In this document: in pieces, positions 14,197 to 20,638 of the stretch | Position numbering within the stretch: the first letter of the stretch is position 1 | How the letters are laid out: each line of letters begins with the position of its first letter | DNA from: Candidatus Saccharimonadales bacterium | Lineage (GTDB): Bacteria; Patescibacteriota; Saccharimonadia; Saccharimonadales; 2-12-FULL-41-12 | Length of the DNA: 24,000 nucleotides | NCBI GenBank assembly: GCA_036276695.1 | Contig: DASUOI010000035.1 | Location: 1 to 24,000 of the forward strand | Direction of reading: 5' to 3' | Program-made: the position numbers and the translations under genes | Notes under the pieces: model-generated | What the model was told of the DNA's origin: nothing | Seen by the model: only the letters and a program-made list of their open reading frames with translations | Database searches by the model: none

Positions 14197-15087
14197 TTAA
14201 TAAACACCCACGTGCCAGTGACCGTCATCTGCTCCGGTATGGGCAGCGTCATCTCCGGGTCCTCTAAGTTCTAGCCCTTTATTCTTCGGCGTAACCCTGC
14301 GTATTATCGGGAACATTGACTTATTTCGGGGAGCTTTGCCATTAAATCTCCTTAAGTCTGCGGCATCTCCGTCCCAGTGATGAGAAGTCGGCACATGAGG
14401 ACCACTGGTAAAATGCCATATATTAAACTTTTTAATCTTAGAAGCTTTGTATAGGACTTTTAATAAAGTCTTGTCCAGTTTAGGACAGGCGCTTGGTTTT
14501 TGTTCCGCCTTAGAACATTGCCCTTTTCTTGCCTGATAGAGGTCTTTCTTAGCCTGCGCCGTGGCACTAATCCGTCCTTTTTTCCCTCTTCTAAGCTCAT
14601 TAATAATTTTTGTTGCCCAGTGCCTTCTAGTTCTCTTTTCGGGAACTTCAAGCAGTCTTGGACCATTATGCCTGCTCCCTCTGTCGGGACGATTGGGTTG
14701 ACTCGTATTGTCATTGCCATTGTTATTTCTCCCTCCACGATCAGGATTTGTAGACCCAGGGTCTTCAGGTTGCGAGCCTGAACTAGGTTCGTCTGTGTTT
14801 GTAGCACAGGTAGTTTCGGTGGTGGTCGTACTACCATCAGGTGAAGTTGTGGTTGTAGTAGTACACTCCATAGCAGGTGCCCCATATGCTGTGTCTGGTG
14901 TAAACACAGCTTCCCTTGCAAAATTAGCTCCTGCTAACGCAAGAACGCTGCCTGTAAGAGCAAGAGCTTTATTCAGGTTGCCAGGCAATTTCAAGTGTCT
15001 GCCTGTTGATTCCTGCGGTACTACTACAGGACTTTCAGGCGGGTTACCTGCCCGCATTTCTGGCGAAACCATTATTTCTCCACTCAT
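14197..15087 (-). CDS. Secreted or membrane-anchored LAS-family (peptidase M15-like) zinc metallopeptidase, probable peptidoglycan hydrolase
   Basis: The C-terminal domain has 'SHHWDGDAAD' (nt about 14356-14385), an exact fit to the S-x-H-x-x-G-x-A-x-D motif. It also has a terminal 'HWH' (H-x-H, nt about 14212-14220). A TM/signal anchor 'ALALTGSVLALAGA' lies upstream, followed by a Thr-rich and a basic linker. An alternative start is ATG 15072, with GGAGA 5 nt upstream. Confidence 0.7.
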   Translation of the reverse strand: MSGEIMVSPEMRAGNPPESPVVVPQESTGRHLKLPGNLNKALALTGSVLALAGANFAREAVFTPDTAYGAPAMECTTTTTTSPDGSTTTTETTCATNTDEPSSGSQPEDPGSTNPDRGGRNNNGNDNTSQPNRPDRGSRHNGPRLLEVPEKRTRRHWATKIINELRRGKKGRISATAQAKKDLYQARKGQCSKAEQKPSACPKLDKTLLKVLYKASKIKKFNIWHFTSGPHVPTSHHWDGDAADLRRFNGKAPRNKSMFPIIRRVTPKNKGLELRGPGDDAAHTGADDGHWHVGVY

Positions 15088-15120
15088 GAAATAAGCACAC
15101 TTCCTTAATTAACTTCATAT

Positions 15121-15149
15121 AAAATAACATAAACATTATAAAATGTCAA
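15121..15149 (-). promoter_or_regulatory. Sigma70-like promoter TTGACA-17-TATTTT for the LAS peptidase gene
   Basis: On the minus strand ttgaca is at 15149-15144, followed by a 17-nt spacer and tatttt at 15126-15121. AAGGAAG lies 12 nt upstream of ATG 15087. Confidence 0.45.
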
Positions 15150-15167
15150 TATTCTTGTATGGCGTTG

Positions 15168-16112
15168 TTATAGGCCTAGGCGACGAGTGATTGCAGAGTA
15201 TGCAAAGCTGGCTAGAGAACTAACACCTATGAATGTGGCGACTACTGCACCAGGACCAGTGTTAGGAAGTTCTGCAGGCTTGGTTTCCACTACTACGGGC
15301 GCGGGCTGTTCAGGCTTCGGGGGTTTAGGCTGCTTATAAATTACAGTGGCTGGCATGAAGGCTGGCTTCTCGGGTTCTTCTTCAGGCTCCTCAGGTTCAG
15401 GTTCTGGCTCTTCAATCTGCGTGCTGCCGCATGTAGCTTCAATCTTACCCTTGGCCTGGGCAATTGCTTTGGCCTTGGCACTATCTTTTAGCTGTATCTC
15501 AAGGTTATTGGTATTGCCTTGGGCTGATACCAGCATTTGGCGGGTAATCTTAATCTTGGCCACGGCTAAACCGGCTGCCTGAGCGGTTAGTTTAGAGCCG
15601 TCAGGGCAGACTATTTCTTCTTTAAGGTTTACGGAAGCTCGGGCGGTTGCGGTCATGTTCATATTATTAAAATTCCGCACCATGACGACAGGACCGTTTA
15701 CTACCTCGCCGGGAGGGTTGCCATGAGGCTTATAGGGGTTGCCGCAATTACGTCCGGTCTGGCCGCCTTTTACTTTGATCCAGCCGGTTGGAGAATTAGC
15801 GCTCCGGCAAATTTTGGCATTTGCTGGGTCATGAAACCACTTCAGGCTTCCGTCTACGCTGCGACCAGAGTTATAGCCGCCTTGTACCCATTGGCATTTT
15901 TTGTACTTGACGCCGTTATACATCTTCACATCTTCCAAAATAGTGCCTTTGTAATTAAGGCCGGACACGCTTACATCTTCAGCTGTGACAGTGTAAGGCT
16001 CATTAGCCTTTGCCCCTTGGGAGCTGAGGCTTAAAGCTAGCGCAACGGCAAGCGCAACCAGGCCTATAATTAGCCTTTTATTCATTGCATATATTTTCTT
16101 TGCTAGCTCCAT
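15168..16112 (-). CDS. LPXTG (LPNTG) cell-wall-anchored surface protein, paralogous module to the 513-aa protein
   Basis: I prefer ATG 16112, preceded by AAGGAGG (16127-16121) at 8-nt spacing, over the track's GTG at 16145. The signal peptide reads '...MNKRLIIGLVALAVALALSLSSQGAKA'. The body carries 'WIKVK...RNCG', 'CPDGSKLTAQAAGLA' and 'ATCGS', then an (EP)n linker. The C-terminus is 'LPNTGPGAVVATFIGVSSLASFAYSAITRRLGL'. Confidence 0.8.
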   Translation of the reverse strand: MELAKKIYAMNKRLIIGLVALAVALALSLSSQGAKANEPYTVTAEDVSVSGLNYKGTILEDVKMYNGVKYKKCQWVQGGYNSGRSVDGSLKWFHDPANAKICRSANSPTGWIKVKGGQTGRNCGNPYKPHGNPPGEVVNGPVVMVRNFNNMNMTATARASVNLKEEIVCPDGSKLTAQAAGLAVAKIKITRQMLVSAQGNTNNLEIQLKDSAKAKAIAQAKGKIEATCGSTQIEEPEPEPEEPEEEPEKPAFMPATVIYKQPKPPKPEQPAPVVVETKPAELPNTGPGAVVATFIGVSSLASFAYSAITRRLGL

Positions 16113-16168
16113 CTCACTGCCCTCCTTGCGGCGCCTTGTCTCCACCCAAGGTTTATAAATGTATTATT

Positions 16169-16198
16169 AATATACCAATAAGTGTTATTTTCCGTCAA
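16169..16198 (-). promoter_or_regulatory. Sigma70-like promoter TTGACG-18-TATATT, homologous to the promoter at 14120-14148
   Basis: On the minus strand ttgacg is at 16198-16193 and tatatt is at 16174-16169. The upstream 'agcataa..attataaaat..tattgac' aligns with the 14149-14185 region. Confidence 0.5.
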
Positions 16199-16243
16199 TA
16201 TGATTTTATAATATGCTTATGCTAATAAAGCAAAAAGGCGTTT

Positions 16244-18430
16244 TTAGTGTTTTTTTGCAGCATGTTTCTTTTTGTCAAAACAAAAGCCGAAAGTGCTGCC
16301 TTTATTTTCCTGGCTTTCGAATAGGAGATGCCCTCCTTGAGCGTCTATAACTTTCTTAGCCATAAACAAGCCTAGCCCGGTGCCATCAGGCCTGGCTTTG
16401 CGGGCATTTGAGGCCCTATAAAACTTGGTGAACAGATGCGGGATGTCTTTTTTGGGTATACCTAAGCCGTTGTCTATTATTTTGAAGTATACGTTGCTTT
16501 TGTCTTCGGTCAGTTCCACCTTTATCGTGCCTCCGCTAGGAGTGTAATATATCGCGTTATCGGCAAAATTCATGATAACCTGGCGTATTTTTGTTTCATC
16601 CAGCGCTAAAGTCGGGAAATTCTTCGGCTTTTCATACTCAATCTCCACCTTCTTCGCTTTGGCGGTCTCTCTAAGCTGGCCGATTTCGCCTTCTATAACC
16701 TCTGCCAAATTAGTAGGAGTGGCTTCTATAATAAATTTTCCGGTCTTAAGCCTGGAAACATTTAGTAGGTCGGCGATAAGGTAAACCATCCTTTGCGAGC
16801 TAACGAAAGCCTGGTTAAGAAGTTCTCTCTGTTGTTTGCTGATTTTGCCTGCATCGCCCTCTAAAACCATGCTCATATATCCTTTCACGCTAGTTAGAGG
16901 TGTCCTTAACTGGTGCGAGGCCATGCTGATGAATTCATCTTTAGTCTCGTCAAGTTCACGGAGCTTTTTGTTGGTCCTCTGCAGTTTAGCTGTAGCGGTA
17001 TTTACTTCCGCTTGCAGTTTAGCGGCAAATCCTTGGATTTCTTCAAATCTTAAAGCGTTTTCAATAGCGATAAGAAGCTCGTCTGAAATAATGTCGATAG
17101 TATGCACGTCTTGCTTGCTGTATACATTCCCGCTTTTTTTGGTACCGATTATAAGGTGGGCTATAGGCTCGGTTGGCTGATCTTCGCTTGGTATCAGCCT
17201 GGATATTACACCTATATTCTTACTGGAAAGTAAGTTTTTCAGCTTACTGTCGCCAGAGCCAAGCTGATCTGTAATAAGGACTCTTTTGCTTGAATGGCTT
17301 AGACTATCTAATATATATTCCGTCTCTGTTTTATCCAGATCAATAAACCCCACCCCAATAATCTTGTGAGGGGTAGTGGGCGTAGAAAGTACCTCTATAA
17401 AGCAATGTTCGCTTTTTAAATTCTCCTGGATTACTTTAGTAGTGTGTCGAAGCAGAACGCCAAGCTCGATATTACCTACTATGGCCGAATTCAGCTCATC
17501 TAAAAACTCTTCCGGGTCATAAGCGTCCCTGTAGAATATGCGGTTAGTTAATTTGTCGAAGAATTTCTTAGTTGGAACATACAATAGAGCGCTTATAAGG
17601 GCGAGGATTATGTAGGAAGCTCTTTCTGCGCTGTCGATCTTGTTATCAGAAATAAAGACAGACGACAAAAGGAAGATAGCTCCCCCGTAAATTAAGCCAA
17701 TGGACCCGAGGGATAAGATGTATGCCACGCTTCTGGCTACCGCACGCTTTATGTCAAACAGATGGTGTTTCACTATCGCATAAGCTATCAACGTAGAAAA
17801 TGCCAGAGGATATATAGGCGCAAAAGGCACAAATACTTTTATATTTAGCAAAGCGGGGAGGAGAAAATTAGAAATAGGAGCTATGAATAGTAAGATTCCA
17901 CTAGCTGAAATAACGAATCGAAACTGGTCTCTTGTTAAGCCCCGGGAATGTTTGTGTTTATAAAGCAAAATACGAATGCCTATCATTATTGAAGTTATAG
18001 TATGGAGCATGAACAGTCCTATCAATGGGCTCGGATTCAGTACAATGGATGCATTCTCTTCCGTATAGCTAGTGAAATAACCCGGAAATATACCAGCCAG
18101 AAAGACTATCAAGCTAAAGAAAATATATCTATGGATTAGCTTATTAGATAAGTTCGGTCTATTGTCGGGAAATCTGTTAGCAAATAAGACGAAGAATGTA
18201 TGCTGTAATACGACAAATAATAATATAGACTCTACGGCTATAAACTCAGAATTTGGAGCAGATACTACTGTTGATAGAAAATTAGCAGTACTTAGCCCTA
18301 TTAAGGCAGTTATGAGCATAGCGAACGCCCTGTTCATAGCACTGCTCGGATTCTTAAGCAGTAATACAAGACCAATACCTATATTGGCCAAGCTAGCTGC
18401 AACTAGAATAAAAACATCAATTAAATTCAT
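16244..18430 (-). CDS. Sensor histidine kinase with a large N-terminal multi-TM (7TM-type) domain, a central GAF-like region, HisKA and HATPase_c
   Basis: About 8 hydrophobic helices occupy the first ~290 aa. The H-box is 'MASHQLRTPLTSVKGY', the N-box 'NFADNAIYYTP', G1 'IDNGLGIP' and G2 'GTGLGL'. No response regulator is present in the window. Confidence 0.9.
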   Translation of the reverse strand: MNLIDVFILVAASLANIGIGLVLLLKNPSSAMNRAFAMLITALIGLSTANFLSTVVSAPNSEFIAVESILLFVVLQHTFFVLFANRFPDNRPNLSNKLIHRYIFFSLIVFLAGIFPGYFTSYTEENASIVLNPSPLIGLFMLHTITSIMIGIRILLYKHKHSRGLTRDQFRFVISASGILLFIAPISNFLLPALLNIKVFVPFAPIYPLAFSTLIAYAIVKHHLFDIKRAVARSVAYILSLGSIGLIYGGAIFLLSSVFISDNKIDSAERASYIILALISALLYVPTKKFFDKLTNRIFYRDAYDPEEFLDELNSAIVGNIELGVLLRHTTKVIQENLKSEHCFIEVLSTPTTPHKIIGVGFIDLDKTETEYILDSLSHSSKRVLITDQLGSGDSKLKNLLSSKNIGVISRLIPSEDQPTEPIAHLIIGTKKSGNVYSKQDVHTIDIISDELLIAIENALRFEEIQGFAAKLQAEVNTATAKLQRTNKKLRELDETKDEFISMASHQLRTPLTSVKGYMSMVLEGDAGKISKQQRELLNQAFVSSQRMVYLIADLLNVSRLKTGKFIIEATPTNLAEVIEGEIGQLRETAKAKKVEIEYEKPKNFPTLALDETKIRQVIMNFADNAIYYTPSGGTIKVELTEDKSNVYFKIIDNGLGIPKKDIPHLFTKFYRASNARKARPDGTGLGLFMAKKVIDAQGGHLLFESQENKGSTFGFCFDKKKHAAKKH

Positions 18431-18481
18431 GTAAAATGTTTATGTTTTTAGCTTACACCAGTAAGGCTTAATATTGATAAT

Positions 18482-19528
18482 CTAAGATGTTAAAACTTTA
18501 CCTAACTTCTTACGTGCGCTATAAGGAAGTTTATCTTTAGGTTTGCCAATGCAAAAAAGCAGCTGCGGTATTGTATTTTTATTTTTGGGCGGGGTTAATT
18601 GTGATACTTTGTTTCTTAAATCCCCCATCTCAATCGCGGCGGCATAAATGCTTGAACTTATACCCAATCCGGTTAACTTAACCATCACTTCTTGCATCAG
18701 CATCCCGGCTTTTAGCCATCCTTCTTTAGTATCTACGGAATAAAGTATCGCTACGGTTGGGGCTGATATAAAACTCCTATAGTTGATAGCGCTCAAACGT
18801 TCGCCTATGTCTTTGCGCTTCATTACCTTTGGGATGACTACGGATTTGGGAAAATTCATACGCAGAGAATATCCATGAAGCCCGTGCTTTTTAATGCTCA
18901 AATTATGGTTAATGTATGAGCTTATTTCACGACGGAATTCTCGTGAAGCATAGGCCATACGGAGGCCTCTTGCCGTTAGCTTCGCGAGTTCTTGAATAGT
19001 AGTCTTGTCGGTGACAAGCTGAACATCAACGTCTGGACCGGAGGCGGCAATGATGTCCTTAACTTCTGAGGATTTATTTAGAATAGGCTGAAAATACCCT
19101 CTGTAATTTTGCCTGTCTTTAATATTATGAAGCAGCTTTTTATTTATCTTAGAATTTGGCTTTAAATCCTTATATATCACGGTAGATATAGGTAAGTTAT
19201 CGGTTATTTTGACTGCATGTTTTATTTGATAATCAATGCCATATGCCTGGCTGGCAAGCTCTATGTTTTTAATTAATGCTCCGAGGCTCATGTATAAGTC
19301 ACGGCCTGACGGATCAGCTTGGGGGATTTTTTTCGAGTGATCAGCAAAAATTTTTACTGTGTTGTCTTTAACTTCTATCTTCCATGGCTGGGTATTATGT
19401 GTGGATGGAGCAAGAACGCCATATTCTAGGATATGATGTATCTTCTTCTGGTCGTCCTGGTAGTGGTGTATTGACTTCTTAGATAACCTCTGGCGATGCC
19501 TCCTATGAGTGTGTTTAGGACCAATCAC
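18482..19528 (-). CDS. Tandem nitroreductase-fold (Acg / Rv1355c C-terminal type) FMN oxidoreductase-like protein
   Basis: 'GVLAPSTHNTQPW' is a nitroreductase signature. At 348 aa it is about twice a single nitroreductase domain. The GTG start at 19528 overlaps the upstream TGA stop (GTGA). The N-terminal linker 'HTHRRHRQR' is basic. Confidence 0.8.
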   Translation of the reverse strand: MIGPKHTHRRHRQRLSKKSIHHYQDDQKKIHHILEYGVLAPSTHNTQPWKIEVKDNTVKIFADHSKKIPQADPSGRDLYMSLGALIKNIELASQAYGIDYQIKHAVKITDNLPISTVIYKDLKPNSKINKKLLHNIKDRQNYRGYFQPILNKSSEVKDIIAASGPDVDVQLVTDKTTIQELAKLTARGLRMAYASREFRREISSYINHNLSIKKHGLHGYSLRMNFPKSVVIPKVMKRKDIGERLSAINYRSFISAPTVAILYSVDTKEGWLKAGMLMQEVMVKLTGLGISSSIYAAAIEMGDLRNKVSQLTPPKNKNTIPQLLFCIGKPKDKLPYSARKKLGKVLTS

Positions 19529-20637
19529 TGTTTTCCTTTCAGCAGTTCCTGGAGTATTTGTGTTCGTTCACTATTGTCAGAAAATTCGTCGGTGGCTATA
19601 TCAAATAATTTATCAAATTGTATAAAATATCGTCCTGCTTTAACAGGTTTGCCTAAAAGTATATTTTTAGCCAAATAAGCCGCGAAGCCTCCGTCTACGG
19701 CAACAGTACTATAAAGTTGCGGCCGGCCTACCAGACTTTTGCCGATTTGAGTCACCGAGCGAAGAGCGTTAGTCGGTATGTACTGAGACCCAACTAGCTG
19801 TACAGCGTACCGTTTTTCATCTTCTTTCGTAATATCTTTAGATAGAATTGTATGCTCCTGGTCACTGCTTAAAATACCGTTAAATATACGCTGGGATTCA
19901 TCTAAATCGTACCTTTCAATATCAACAAGCATATTGTCGCCAAGATTAGTAAACATGATAAGCGGTATTTTGTATTTTTTAGCATGCAGTCTTAGCTGTA
20001 CCTTCATTTTAAAATCATCTATTTCGTCAACGACTAGATCAAGATCGGGAGAAGTGAAAAAATCATCAATATTACCAGCGTCTACTCCCTCTTCAAAAAC
20101 ATGGACTTCAGCAAAAGGATCAAGTTCATATATATGACGAGCAGCCAGTTCGGCTTTAGACTTTCCGACATTAATTAGGGATTCCCTAAGCCTGTTAAGG
20201 TTGCTGGTGTCGACTTCATCGTGATCGGCTATTTTTATCTCTCTGGATATTCCGGAATAAGCCAACCCTAGAGCAATTCCCGAGCCGACCGACATGCCAG
20301 CTATGCCCACGATGCTGCCAGCAAGTTTCTGCTGTTCTTCATCTTCAATAAGCTGCTTGTTACGGTTGGTCCTGAGAGCCATCAATTCTTTGGGTCCTAA
20401 GCAATGCAGAAGTTGCTTTGACCAAGGATAGAAGACCCATGCCGTGTTTTGCGTGTCAAAGGAAGAAACAAATTGTTTTAGGGCTTGTGCATTTTCTTCG
20501 CCGGGGTTTTGGATTTTAAAGAGTTCTTTAAGCTGCTTCTCAACAATATCTACTGGTTCATTTTTCCCAAGTTTACGAAATTCATCTACATCTTCCGGTC
20601 TATAGCTGTTCGGGAAAAGAATTTTTGGCTTGTTCAT
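19525..20637 (-). CDS. ThiF/MoeB-type E1-like adenylyltransferase (Rv1355c N-terminal type)
   Basis: The glycine-rich nucleotide loop 'IVGIAGMSVGSGIALGLAYSG' and 'DHDEVDTSNLNR' are the ThiF family core. I prefer ATG 20637 (MNKPKILF...), 1 nt after the upstream TAA, over the track start at 20730, which would overlap the upstream gene by 92 nt. Confidence 0.8.
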   Translation of the reverse strand: MNKPKILFPNSYRPEDVDEFRKLGKNEPVDIVEKQLKELFKIQNPGEENAQALKQFVSSFDTQNTAWVFYPWSKQLLHCLGPKELMALRTNRNKQLIEDEEQQKLAGSIVGIAGMSVGSGIALGLAYSGISREIKIADHDEVDTSNLNRLRESLINVGKSKAELAARHIYELDPFAEVHVFEEGVDAGNIDDFFTSPDLDLVVDEIDDFKMKVQLRLHAKKYKIPLIMFTNLGDNMLVDIERYDLDESQRIFNGILSSDQEHTILSKDITKEDEKRYAVQLVGSQYIPTNALRSVTQIGKSLVGRPQLYSTVAVDGGFAAYLAKNILLGKPVKAGRYFIQFDKLFDIATDEFSDNSERTQILQELLKGKQ

Positions 20638-20638
20638 T

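Noticed and set aside
14460-15094. ORFs 14460-14921 (-), 14500-14781 (+) and 14708-15094 (+) overlapping the LAS-peptidase gene
   Set aside because: These are alternative frames of the same region. Only the 14197-15087 frame yields a signal anchor plus a catalytic motif, and the others have no features.
16113-16145. Longer N-terminus (track start at 16145) for the second LPNTG protein
   Set aside because: Position 16145 is a GTG with no SD. ATG 16112 is preceded by a perfect AAGGAGG at 8-nt spacing and still gives a complete signal peptide.
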